Notes: generated by a model from the sequence alone, not told the origin. Numbered from the stretch's first letter, positions 38,567 to 46,952 are shown. The stretch: DNA of 64,000 bases from Vicinamibacterales bacterium (GCA_036381155.1 DASVDJ010000196.1:52823-116822), one strand, 5' to 3'. Made by a program: numbers and translations.

Positions 38567-39085
38567 TCACGGGGCGGACAGTTGCAGCGTCAGCCAGAGC
38601 ACACCAGGCAGCGTCTCGAAATGCCCCGATCGGATCCAGGAGGTGAACACCCGGGCGTCGCCCTCGGGCGCAAGCTCGGCCAGCCAGACGAGAACCTGCC
38701 GGCCGGACAGGATGACTCCGCGCGGGAGCGGGAGCCCGAGCGTGCCAGCGAGCTGCGCCGCGGATCCTGCCAGCCCGGACGCGACCTCCGCGACGACGGT
38801 CGGCCCGGGGTCAAACGCGAGCTCCGGATGGAGGAAGAGGGGAACGGTGAAGGGGGGCAGCCAGCGCGGCTGTGCGATCGCGACGCGCACGTCGATGCGG
38901 TTCGACGCGCCGACGGCGATCCCGATCGATCGCACGTATCGCTCGTGCCGCGCCGCAACCGCCGCGGCGATCTGATTGAGCACGGCGTCCGAGAACGGCA
39001 CCCGAAGCTCGAGCTGGGCGCCAGGGAAGTCCCGGAAGGTGCTGGCCCGCCACAGCTCGAGCAATCGGGTGATCTCGGGCGTCAC
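38567..39085 (-). CDS. Hypothetical protein (172 aa)
   Basis: Ordinary amino-acid composition, overlaps the upstream gene by 4 nt (operon). No motif recognised. Confidence 0.6.
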   Translation of the reverse strand: MTPEITRLLELWRASTFRDFPGAQLELRVPFSDAVLNQIAAAVAARHERYVRSIGIAVGASNRIDVRVAIAQPRWLPPFTVPLFLHPELAFDPGPTVVAEVASGLAGSAAQLAGTLGLPLPRGVILSGRQVLVWLAELAPEGDARVFTSWIRSGHFETLPGVLWLTLQLSAP

Positions 39086-39801
39086 GCCGGTGGCGGCGGC
39101 TCCGCCCTGGACTCGCCGGTGCCGGTCACCTCGCGTGCCCGCTCGATCACGGTGTCGCGCGCCTCGCGCGCGCGTTCGACGATCCGTTCACGAGCCTCAC
39201 CAAGCAGCTCCTTCTCGGCCTCCGTGCCCGGCACGGAGAGCCCCACGGCCGCGCCGGCCGCCAGCGCGGCGACGCCGAACGGCAGCGGGTGCTCGCGCAT
39301 CATCCGGCCGATCTGACCGGAGCGTCTGGACAGCGCGTGGCCCGTGGAGCGGATGCGCCGCCTCGCCGCACCCGCCATCTCGTGGGCCGTCCCGCTCCAC
39401 GCGACGTTGCCGAAACCCGCCCAGCCGGCGTGTTCCCCTTCCGCGCCGTGGGCCTCGGCGCCTTGCGCCGGCTCATCCCAGTGCGGCTGACCGGCATGGC
39501 GGACGTTGCGCACGAGCCATCCCAGCCCGAACGCGATCAGCGCCGCAGGCAACGGGTTGCGGCGAGCCTCGCGCATGAGCGACGAGCGGCCGGTGCTCCC
39601 GTATTCGCCGTAGTCGACTTCCTCCTCCGGCCAGGATCCGGCGGATTCATGGCGTGAACGCCCGCCCGCGTTCGACGTGGCCATCCGGTAGACGAGGTAG
39701 CCGAGCGCGACGCCGATCAGTGCCGCGGCGACGGGGTGTCCGCGTGCCGCGTCCCGCGTGTGGCGGGCCAGCTCGCTGGCCCTTCCGGTTGCATCCGTCA
39801 T
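39082..39801 (-). CDS. Hydrophilic stress-type protein carrying three ElaB/YqjD-like membrane-anchor segments
   Basis: GHPVAAALIGVALGYLV, RNPLPAALIAFGLGWLV and EHPLPFGVAALAAGAAVGL are separated by charged regions. SD GGGAGAG. Confidence 0.65.
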   Translation of the reverse strand: MTDATGRASELARHTRDAARGHPVAAALIGVALGYLVYRMATSNAGGRSRHESAGSWPEEEVDYGEYGSTGRSSLMREARRNPLPAALIAFGLGWLVRNVRHAGQPHWDEPAQGAEAHGAEGEHAGWAGFGNVAWSGTAHEMAGAARRRIRSTGHALSRRSGQIGRMMREHPLPFGVAALAAGAAVGLSVPGTEAEKELLGEARERIVERAREARDTVIERAREVTGTGESRAEPPPPA

Positions 39802-39861
39802 GACACTCTCCCTGCGCGGCCGTCCTGAATCCCGGGTTGCGACAGCGCGTCACGCGCCGTC

Positions 39862-40377
39862 TCAGGTGAGCGGCCCGCCGCCGTGCAGCTCGCTCGTCGG
39901 CCTCAGAGGCTGGCCGCTGCCCAGGCCCGGTTGCTGAACGCGCGATCCGCCGTGGAACCCCGGGCCGGACGCGGTGTGCCGATCGCCGTGCGACGAGCTC
40001 TTGAGCAGGCGTCCGCCCAGCAGCCCGAGCCCGAACGCCGCGCCGATGAACAGCGCAGGCTGCCGGCGCGCGAACTGCTGCACCTGCTCGATCATCTGCT
40101 GCAGGTCCTGCTCGTCGATGCGGTGCGAGAACTGCTCGATGCGATCGGACGCCCGCTGGACGTAGTTCGCCAGACCCGAACGACCGTCCTCACGCAGCAC
40201 GTCCGTCGCGCGCCGCAGTGCCTGCGCCACCTGCCCGAGGCTTTCGGTCGCGCGATGCTTCTGCTCGGACGCCTTCGCGGCGGCCATGCCCCTGACCGCG
40301 TCGCCGAACGACCGTCGCGTGCCGCCGACGTGCTGGTCTCCACCCTCAGCGTGACCGCCGGTGTGTTGCGTCTCCAT
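39862..40377 (-). CDS. Hydrophilic stress-type protein with a single C-terminal-proximal membrane anchor
   Basis: METQHTGGHAEGGDQH...IEQFSHRIDEQDLQQMIEQVQQFARRQPALFIGAAFGLGLLGGRLLK. This is the internal ATG of track ORF 39862..41829. Confidence 0.65.
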   Translation of the reverse strand: METQHTGGHAEGGDQHVGGTRRSFGDAVRGMAAAKASEQKHRATESLGQVAQALRRATDVLREDGRSGLANYVQRASDRIEQFSHRIDEQDLQQMIEQVQQFARRQPALFIGAAFGLGLLGGRLLKSSSHGDRHTASGPGFHGGSRVQQPGLGSGQPLRPTSELHGGGPLT

Positions 40378-40404
40378 GCGCTTCTCCGTACCGGAGCGGG
40401 AGGT

Positions 40405-40420
40405 AGCGAACGGCATGCCA
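40405..40420 (-). promoter_or_regulatory. Sigma-54-type -24/-12 promoter (P2)
   Basis: Minus strand TGGCATGCCGTTCGCT (-12 is TCGC rather than TTGC). It lies 27 nt upstream of the ATG at 40377. Confidence 0.5.
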
Positions 40421-40508
40421 TGCGGGATTCGGCGGGACGCGCCGCCGCCGCACGCGGACAGAGCCGTCGCTGTCGGCCAGTCAGACACGGCGTGTAATGC
40501 GTCGCGCG

Positions 40509-41321
40509 TCACGACGCCGGCGGGACCTCGACGTGGGCCGCGTCCTGCTCCGCTCCCCCCTTGGCGGGCGTGCCGACTGCTGGAGGACGCACGTGCTGCT
40601 CGACCAGTTCGAGTGCCTGACGGTAGCCGAGCGGCGTGCCGACGTCGACGTAGGCGCGTCCGGTCCGCACACCGGTTGCGGAGCCTCCTGCCTCGATGAA
40701 CGCGTGGATCAGTGTTCCGAGGTACTCGTCGCGGCAGGACCGTTCGTGCCAGAGCCGGCGCAGCGCAAGCAGGACGTGCCCCGGCATGCCCATCGCGCCC
40801 CAGATCCACCGCGAGCGCACGAGCGGCTGCTTCACGTCGATGCGGCGCACCGCTCCGCTTCCGTCCGTCTCGACGGCATCGAACAGCTCGGGGCGCTCCG
40901 ACGGGAACAGCAGGAGTCCGAGCCGGTCGCCCGGCAGCGTGCGCAGCGCGGGAATCGGGAACCAGACCGTGTCGGGCAGCCCGACCAGCACGCGGTCGTC
41001 GTCCCGGATGAGCGGCGCCGCCCGGAACACCGCATCGCAGAGCCCCGACGGGCGCGGTTGGACCACATAACAGACGGGACGCCCGAGCGCCGACCCGCCG
41101 TAGTACTCGAGGATGTCCGACTTTCCCGGTGCGATCACGAAGCAGAGGCGGTCGGCTCCGCCGGCGGCGAGGCGCTCGACCAGGAACTCGCTCACCGCGC
41201 GCGGGCGCTCGACGCCGCTCCCGTCGCGCCGGAACCCGACCGGCAGCAGCTCCTTCGAGAAGGCGAGCGGTTGAATGCGCGTGCCCGCCCCGGCCGCCGG
41301 CACGATGCCCCATACCGCCAT
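40509..41321 (-). CDS. Sugar-phosphate nucleotidyltransferase (RmlA/GalU-like fold)
   Basis: MAVWGIVPAAGAGTRIQPLAFSKELLPV (GxGTR loop); VDVGTPLGY near the C-terminus. Confidence 0.75.
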   Translation of the reverse strand: MAVWGIVPAAGAGTRIQPLAFSKELLPVGFRRDGSGVERPRAVSEFLVERLAAGGADRLCFVIAPGKSDILEYYGGSALGRPVCYVVQPRPSGLCDAVFRAAPLIRDDDRVLVGLPDTVWFPIPALRTLPGDRLGLLLFPSERPELFDAVETDGSGAVRRIDVKQPLVRSRWIWGAMGMPGHVLLALRRLWHERSCRDEYLGTLIHAFIEAGGSATGVRTGRAYVDVGTPLGYRQALELVEQHVRPPAVGTPAKGGAEQDAAHVEVPPAS

Positions 41322-41389
41322 CACGACCTCCAGGCGCCCACGACAGACGTGTCCGCGCGCACGCGCGCGGTGTCGGACGGTGCCGCACG

Positions 41390-41405
41390 TGCAAGGGAGC
41401 TGCCG
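41390..41405 (-). promoter_or_regulatory. Sigma-54-type -24/-12 promoter (P8)
   Basis: Minus strand CGGCAGCTCCCTTGCA. It lies 68 nt upstream of the ATG at 41321; SD GGAGG. Confidence 0.6.
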
Positions 41406-41406
41406 C

Positions 41407-41422
41407 AGGAACCGGCCTTGCA
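41407..41422 (+). promoter_or_regulatory. Sigma-54-type -24/-12 promoter (P7), back-to-back with P8
   Basis: AGGAACCGGCCTTGCA. It lies 11 nt upstream of the GTG at 41434. Confidence 0.55.
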
Positions 41423-41433
41423 GCGCCAACGCC

Positions 41434-42069
41434 GTGCTCGAGCCTCTGCTGGTGCTCGTCCGCCACGGCGACGTCGAACGCGGCGGCGACGTGCTCTGGG
41501 GCCGCAGCCCCGGCGTCGCGCTCACCGCGCACGGGCGACGTGCGATCGAGGCGCTGACGCCGGCGCTGCGAGGCCTGCGCGTGTCGCGTCTCGTGACGAG
41601 CCCGTGTCAGCGGGCCGTCGAGTCCGCCGCGCTGGTCTCGGATGCGCTTGGACTCCCGGTTGCCGCCGACGCGGGCTTTGACGAGTTCGACTACGGGGAC
41701 TGGAGCGGGCGTCCGTTCACGGCGCTGGCCCGCGATTCCCGCTGGCGGGCCTTCAACGAGGGTCGGGAGGACCGGACCGCGGCGCCCGGTGGCGAATCGG
41801 TCCTCGACTTCCAAACGCGCATTCGGCACTCACTCGATCGCCAGCTCCAGCACGCGACGGGCCGGACATGCATCGTCACGCACGCGGAGGTGGTGCGCGT
41901 CATCGTGCTCGACGCGCTCGGGCGGCCCCCCGCGGCGTGGGCCGAGGTGACGATACCGACCGCCTCGCTCACGCTGCTGCGCGGACCTTCGCGTGCGCGT
42001 CGGATCGTGGCCGTCGGGATTGGCGCGCGCGACGTCGCCGCACTCGCCGATACGCTGACCCTTCGGTAG
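41434..42069 (+). CDS. Histidine phosphatase (phosphoglycerate mutase-like) family protein
   Basis: LLVLVRHGDVE (RHG catalytic motif), SPCQRAVESA, THAEVVR. The start is uncertain (GTG 41434 or GTG 41452). Confidence 0.75.
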   Translation: MLEPLLVLVRHGDVERGGDVLWGRSPGVALTAHGRRAIEALTPALRGLRVSRLVTSPCQRAVESAALVSDALGLPVAADAGFDEFDYGDWSGRPFTALARDSRWRAFNEGREDRTAAPGGESVLDFQTRIRHSLDRQLQHATGRTCIVTHAEVVRVIVLDALGRPPAAWAEVTIPTASLTLLRGPSRARRIVAVGIGARDVAALADTLTLR

Positions 42070-42101
42070 CCCGCTGTGAGCGGCGCGTGTCCGACGCGCG
42101 A

Positions 42102-42308
42102 TCAGAAGCCACGGCTGCCGCTGCGCCGGCCCGAGCCCCGCTTCCCGCGCGGCATCTCGAGCTCGATGCCCTCCGAGCCGCCTTCGGATCCGACGGCGCC
42201 CGAGCGCGCGGGCAGATCCTCGGGGGGCGGCGTCTCGGCGCGATCGGGCCACAGGGGCTCCGTCGGCGACCGTCCCTCTCGCTGCGTGCGCTCGACGTGC
42301 CTGGCCAT
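42102..42308 (-). CDS. 68-aa hydrophilic, Gly/Arg/Glu-rich small protein
   Basis: MARHVERTQREGRSPTEPLWPDRAETPPPEDLPARSGAVGSEGGSEGIELEMPRGKRGSGRRSGSRGF. SD GGAGG 5 nt upstream of the ATG. Confidence 0.5.
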   Translation of the reverse strand: MARHVERTQREGRSPTEPLWPDRAETPPPEDLPARSGAVGSEGGSEGIELEMPRGKRGSGRRSGSRGF

Positions 42309-42371
42309 CAGGCCTCCAGACGCGGACGCGCGGCGCCACGTCAGCGGCACCGCGCCGTACCGCGATGCGTG

Positions 42372-42656
42372 TCAGTAGCTGCCCTGCCGGCTGAACTGAT
42401 CCGACCCGAGCTGCTTCACCAGCTTGTTGTAGATGCCGAGCATCAGGAACACGGGCGCCCACTGGCCGACGAACAGGCTGCCGTGCTTCTGTCCCATCGC
42501 CTGCATCGTCGCGGACGCGGTGATGGCTCCCAGTGCCGCCCAGAGGAACGTGTCCGAGGGAAGCTTCGCCGTCTGCTCCTCGATGCGACGCGCAACGGGC
42601 CCTTCCGTGTGCTGCGACTCGCCGGTCCGGGACATGCCCGCGTGCAGGTTCTCCAT
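42372..42656 (-). CDS. 94-aa small membrane protein
   Basis: Hydrophilic N-terminus, then FLWAALGAITASATMQAM and WAPVFLMLGIY hydrophobic segments. SD AGGAGGAGG. Confidence 0.65.
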   Translation of the reverse strand: MENLHAGMSRTGESQHTEGPVARRIEEQTAKLPSDTFLWAALGAITASATMQAMGQKHGSLFVGQWAPVFLMLGIYNKLVKQLGSDQFSRQGSY

Positions 42657-42697
42657 GTATGCCTCCTCCTGGTCCGGAATCTCCGACGTACGGCGAG

Positions 42698-42713
42698 TGC
42701 AAGCACAGGACCA
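42698..42713 (-). promoter_or_regulatory. Sigma-54-type -24/-12 promoter (P3)
   Basis: Minus strand TGGTCCTGTGCTTGCA. It lies 41 nt upstream of the ATG at 42656. Confidence 0.6.
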
Positions 42714-42731
42714 CCAGCGGCGCGCGGCACG

Positions 42732-43607
42732 TCAGGCGTGACGGTACCGCCGCACCATGCGCAGGCAGAAGTCCGCGAACCTCGCCGGATCGCGCGGGGG
42801 ACTGGTGTGATGCGGCCGGATGCCGCACGACTCGGGTGTGAAGCAGAACGTCGCGGTCACCCGGAAGCGCGACAGCGCCGACATCTGCCGATCGAACCAT
42901 GCGTCCGCGCCGGGCCGGTGGCTGTCGGCCCAGCTCAATCCCGTGCGCAGGTATTCCACGCCGAGCTCGTCGAGCCACCGCACGGCGCAGTCGAGGCGAT
43001 GGTCCTCGAAGTGGAACCACTGGCAGATCCCCAGGTCGGGTGTATGCGCCGCGAACCGGGACAGCGCCCGTTTCGGCACCCCGTCCTCGCGAACCAGGCC
43101 CATGTAGAAGTGGCGATAGTACGAGGACCCTTCCGCCTCGCGATGGCGGGTGGTGGCCGGCCATGCCTTCGGCAGATCGAAGAGGCTGTACCAGTGAATC
43201 CGCGGCGTTCGTCCGATCACGAGCTCCGCCGTGCGCTGCAGGCCGAACTCCTGGACTTCCTCGGCGCCGAAGCTCGACGCCCCCGCCTCGGAGATCCACA
43301 CCGGCAGCGTGGTCAGCGACGCAATCGCCTCGAGCCGCGACGGCCACTCGTCAATCGTCCAGTGGTTCCAGTCGAGCGGGAAACCGTGAATCGCGACGGC
43401 GTCGACGGCCTCGAGCACGCCGTGCCCCTGCAGCAGCTGCAGGAACTGCGGGTCGATCGGCGACATCCCGCCGAGCACGATCGGCACGTCCCGCGTCTCG
43501 CTCCGGACCGCGTGGCTGGCCAGTCGCACCATGTCGCTGAAGAGCCGCCAGTCGGGATCGATCTGGAAGTCCCAGTGGGACAGGTTGTTGGGCTCGTTCC
43601 AGAGCAT
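42732..43607 (-). CDS. Clan GH-A-like glycoside hydrolase; TIM-barrel strand order appears circularly permuted
   Basis: Starts MLWNEPNNLSHW (acid/base NEP motif at residues 4-6). LPVWISEAGASS is the nucleophile-type motif. The C-terminal 95 aa (GICQWFHF...LGVEYLRTGLSWAD...RVTATFCFTP...FADFCLRMVRRY) look like barrel strands 1-3. An alternative GTG start lies at 43619. Confidence 0.7.
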   Translation of the reverse strand: MLWNEPNNLSHWDFQIDPDWRLFSDMVRLASHAVRSETRDVPIVLGGMSPIDPQFLQLLQGHGVLEAVDAVAIHGFPLDWNHWTIDEWPSRLEAIASLTTLPVWISEAGASSFGAEEVQEFGLQRTAELVIGRTPRIHWYSLFDLPKAWPATTRHREAEGSSYYRHFYMGLVREDGVPKRALSRFAAHTPDLGICQWFHFEDHRLDCAVRWLDELGVEYLRTGLSWADSHRPGADAWFDRQMSALSRFRVTATFCFTPESCGIRPHHTSPPRDPARFADFCLRMVRRYRHA

Positions 43608-43614
43608 CACCGCT

Positions 43615-44388
43615 TCAAGCACGGCCCTGCTCCGTGACGATGCGTGGCACGTCCGGCCCGGGCCCGGACGGCCGGCAGAGATACACCTCGGGCACGGGGT
43701 TGTCGACGATCTCGAACCCGGCGCTGCGCAGCATCGCCTCGGCGCAGGCACGGTTCGGCACCCACCAGTTCGTCCAGTCCTGCGCGAACTGCCGCTCGAT
43801 GAACTGCAGCCGCGGGAAGCCCGGCGTGGAGAACGGGGTGCTGTCGTGGAAATCGTAGTCCGGCTGGACCGGCGCGATCACGGCATCGCCACGAATCAGC
43901 GACTGGAACACCAGCAGGCGCCCGACGGCGTGACGCCGCAGCAGGTCCAGCGCGAGCAGCGGATGGCGGAGATGGTAGAGCACGCCCATGAAGAGCACGA
44001 GGTCGAAGGGGCCGCCGAGCTCCGCGACCTCGTAGACGGACCGCTCCTGGAACTCGACGTCCTCGTACCCGAGCCGTGCAGCCGCGAAGCGGGCCTGCCG
44101 CACGTACCGCGGGTCGGCGTCGATGCCGAGGACGTGCGCGGCGCCGCGGCGCTTCATCTCGAACGCGTAGAAGCCGGCGTTGCAGCCGACATCCAGCACA
44201 CGCCAGCCGCGCAGATCTTCGGGGAGACGGTGGGCGAAGTGCCGGAAGAATGTCGAGGGGAAATCGCCCAGATAGTGGCCGGGAGCGGTCTCCACACCGT
44301 CGAGCCGGAGATTGTGGAACCACGGGCCCAGCGCGTCGATGTGCGATCGGACCTCGTCTGGCTGCATGGATGGTGTCGCGTGCGCCAT
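43615..44388 (-). CDS. Class I SAM-dependent methyltransferase (CmoB-like architecture)
   Basis: GPWFHNLRLDG...WRVLDVGCNAGFYAFEM (motif I)...LVLFMGVLYHLRHPLLAL...NWWVPN. Confidence 0.8.
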   Translation of the reverse strand: MAHATPSMQPDEVRSHIDALGPWFHNLRLDGVETAPGHYLGDFPSTFFRHFAHRLPEDLRGWRVLDVGCNAGFYAFEMKRRGAAHVLGIDADPRYVRQARFAAARLGYEDVEFQERSVYEVAELGGPFDLVLFMGVLYHLRHPLLALDLLRRHAVGRLLVFQSLIRGDAVIAPVQPDYDFHDSTPFSTPGFPRLQFIERQFAQDWTNWWVPNRACAEAMLRSAGFEIVDNPVPEVYLCRPSGPGPDVPRIVTEQGRA

Positions 44389-44417
44389 GCGGACCTCAGC
44401 GCCTCCGCGCGCCCGGG

Positions 44418-44433
44418 TGCAATCGACGTTCCG
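44418..44433 (-). promoter_or_regulatory. Sigma-54-type -24/-12 promoter (P9)
   Basis: Minus strand CGGAACGTCGATTGCA. It lies 29 nt upstream of the ATG at 44388; SD GGAGG is in between. Confidence 0.6.
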
Positions 44434-44677
44434 CCCCGTCCGCACACGCGCGTGCGCAAGCCCGTGCGTGTGCGCGCCCGTTGTTCGCATCCCTGACAGG
44501 GCTGTTCATCTCCGATGCGACTGCCCCGCCGCGTGTGGCAGCACGTCGCGGAGTCTTCAACGGCCCGCGCGCGTTCCGCGTGCGCCGCGCGCGAGCCGGC
44601 CCGCTGCGTCATCCCGCACCCGCGACGTCCGAATCGTTGACGAATCAACAAAGATGGCGGTCGCTGCATACGTTGCG

Positions 44678-44693
44678 TGGAACATACGTTGCA
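44678..44693 (+). promoter_or_regulatory. Sigma-54-type -24/-12 promoter (P4) in front of the nine-gene glycan operon
   Basis: TGGAACATACGTTGCA. It lies 50 nt upstream of the ATG at 44744; SD GGGAGG. Confidence 0.65.
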
Positions 44694-44743
44694 GCCGCCG
44701 TGTTGCGGCACGGCTCTCAGCCGGGCGGGAGGTCGCAGCACGC

Positions 44744-45856
44744 ATGCGGATCCTGATCACGGGCGGCGCGGGATTCATCGGGTCTCACCTCGCCGATCAC
44801 CTGCTCGAGCACGGCTATGCCGTGCGCGTGCTCGACAGCCTCGTTCCGCAGGTGCATCCCGATCGGACGCGCCCCGACTATCTCCATCCGCGCGTCGAGC
44901 TCGTGCACGGCGACGTCCGCGATCCGGCTGCCGTGCGTCTGGCCCTCACCGGCGCGGACGCCGTCGTGCACTTCGCCGCACGCGTCGGCGTCGGCCAGAG
45001 CATGTACGAGATTGCGGAGTACACCGGCGTCAACAACGTCGGCACCGCCGTGCTGCTCGAGGCGTTGATCGACCGGCGGGTCCGCCGGCTCGTCGTGGCC
45101 TCGAGCATGAGCCTCTACGGCGAAGGCCTCTACCGTGAGGCGTCCGGCTCGTTCGTCACCGATGCCGGGCGCTCACCCGGACAGCTGCGCCGGGGAGACT
45201 GGGAGCCGCGCGGCGCCGACGGCCGGCCGCTCGTGCCGGTGCCGACGCCCGAGTCGAAGCCGCCGCGCCTCGCCTCCGTCTACGCGCTGTCGAAGTTCGA
45301 CCAGGAACAGCTCGCCCTGATCGTCGGGCGGACCTACGACATCCCGACCGTCGCGCTCCGGTTCTTCAACGTCTACGGCACGCGACAGGCGCTTTCGAAC
45401 CCGTACACGGGCGTGCTCGCGATCTTCGCGGCGCGGCTGCTGAACCGGCGTCCGCCGCTCATCTTCGAGGACGGCGCGCAGCAGCGCGATTTCGTCAGCG
45501 TGCACGACGTCGTGCGGGCCTGCCGCCTCGCGCTCGAGCGGCCGGCCGATGACGTCGCGGGACGTGCGTTCAACATCGGCAGCGGCGTCGCGCACAGCGT
45601 CGCGGAGGTCGCCGAGCTGCTCGCCGGCGCGCTCGGCGTGCCGCTCGCGCCGGAGCGCACCGGCCGGTACCGCGCAGGCGACATCCGCCATTGCTTCGCG
45701 GATCTCGCCGCCGCGCGGACCGGTCTGGGCTACGAGCCGCAGGTGTCGCTCGACCAGGGACTCGTGGAGCTCGCGGACTGGCTCGCGACGCAGGCGCCGG
45801 AGGATCTCGTGCCGGCGGCGAGCCTCGAGCTCGAACGCCGGGGGCTCACGGCATGA
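44744..45856 (+). CDS. NAD-dependent nucleotide-sugar epimerase/dehydratase (with internal insertion)
   Basis: MRILITGGAGFIGSHL; YALSKFDQE (YxxxK). A roughly 45-aa insertion precedes the catalytic Tyr. Confidence 0.85.
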   Translation: MRILITGGAGFIGSHLADHLLEHGYAVRVLDSLVPQVHPDRTRPDYLHPRVELVHGDVRDPAAVRLALTGADAVVHFAARVGVGQSMYEIAEYTGVNNVGTAVLLEALIDRRVRRLVVASSMSLYGEGLYREASGSFVTDAGRSPGQLRRGDWEPRGADGRPLVPVPTPESKPPRLASVYALSKFDQEQLALIVGRTYDIPTVALRFFNVYGTRQALSNPYTGVLAIFAARLLNRRPPLIFEDGAQQRDFVSVHDVVRACRLALERPADDVAGRAFNIGSGVAHSVAEVAELLAGALGVPLAPERTGRYRAGDIRHCFADLAAARTGLGYEPQVSLDQGLVELADWLATQAPEDLVPAASLELERRGLTA

Positions 45857-46950
45857 CCGTCAGGACCGACACTCACGACGCTCCGGACGCGACGTCGGCC
45901 GGCCGCGTGCTGGTCACCGGCGGTGCCGGCTTCATCGGCACCAATCTCGCCGGCCGGCTGGCCGCCTCGGGCCGGCCGGTCGTCGTGCTCGACACGCTCA
46001 GCCGCGCCGGCGTCGAGCGCAACGCGCGCTGGCTGCGCGAGACGTACGGCGACCGCATCGAGCTGGTCGTCGGCGACGTCAGGCAGCCCGCGGCGCTCGA
46101 GCGCGCGCTGGACGGTGTGTCCGAGGTCTATCACCTCGCCGCACAGGTCGCCGTGACGACGAGCCTCGACGACCCGCTGCATGATTTCGACGTCAACGCG
46201 CGCGGGACGCTGACGCTGCTCGAGGCGATCCGCCGCATGCGCTCCTTCCCCACGCTGCTGTTCACGTCGACCAACAAGGTGTACGGCGCCCTCGAGGACG
46301 TCCCGCTGGCGCGGGCCGGCCGGCGCTATCGCCCCGTCGACGAGACGCTCTGCTGCCATGGCGTCGACGAAGAGCGCCCGCTCGCCTTCCACAGCCCGTA
46401 TGGCTGCTCGAAGGGGTCCGCGGATCAGTACGTGCTGGACTACGCGCGCACGTTCGGCCTGCCGGCGGCGGTGCTGCGCATGAGCTGCATCTACGGCCCG
46501 CATCAGCACGGCAACGAAGATCAGGGCTGGGTCGCACACTTCCTGAAGCGCGCGCTGGCGGGCGAGCCGCTCGTGATCTACGGCGACGGCTGCCAGGTCC
46601 GCGACGTGCTCTACATCGACGATCTCGTCGACGCGTTCCTCGCGGCGCGCGCGGCCATCGGACGGATTGCCGGACGCGCCTTCAACATCGGCGGCGGGCC
46701 GGACCGCGCCGTGAGCCTGCTGGAGCTGATCGATCGGCTGGAGGGACTGACGCGCCGCACGGTGGCGTGCTCGATGGCGCCCTGGCGTGCCGCCGATCAG
46801 CGCTATTACGTCTCCGATTGCCGGCGCTTCGCGCGGGCCACGGGCTGGACGGCACAGGTGTCCGTGGACGAGGGGCTCACGCGTCTGGCCGGGTGGCTGC
46901 AGCCCGCCGGGACGCCGGACGCCGTGCCGCGCCGGCTCGCGGTCTCGTGA
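45853..46950 (+). CDS. NAD-dependent epimerase, CDP-paratose/tyvelose 2-epimerase-like
   Basis: VLVTGGAGFIGTNL; YGCSKGSADQYVLDYARTFGL; GNEDQGWVAHF. ATGA overlap with the upstream gene. Confidence 0.8.
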   Translation: MTVRTDTHDAPDATSAGRVLVTGGAGFIGTNLAGRLAASGRPVVVLDTLSRAGVERNARWLRETYGDRIELVVGDVRQPAALERALDGVSEVYHLAAQVAVTTSLDDPLHDFDVNARGTLTLLEAIRRMRSFPTLLFTSTNKVYGALEDVPLARAGRRYRPVDETLCCHGVDEERPLAFHSPYGCSKGSADQYVLDYARTFGLPAAVLRMSCIYGPHQHGNEDQGWVAHFLKRALAGEPLVIYGDGCQVRDVLYIDDLVDAFLAARAAIGRIAGRAFNIGGGPDRAVSLLELIDRLEGLTRRTVACSMAPWRAADQRYYVSDCRRFARATGWTAQVSVDEGLTRLAGWLQPAGTPDAVPRRLAVS

Positions 46951-46952
46951 TC

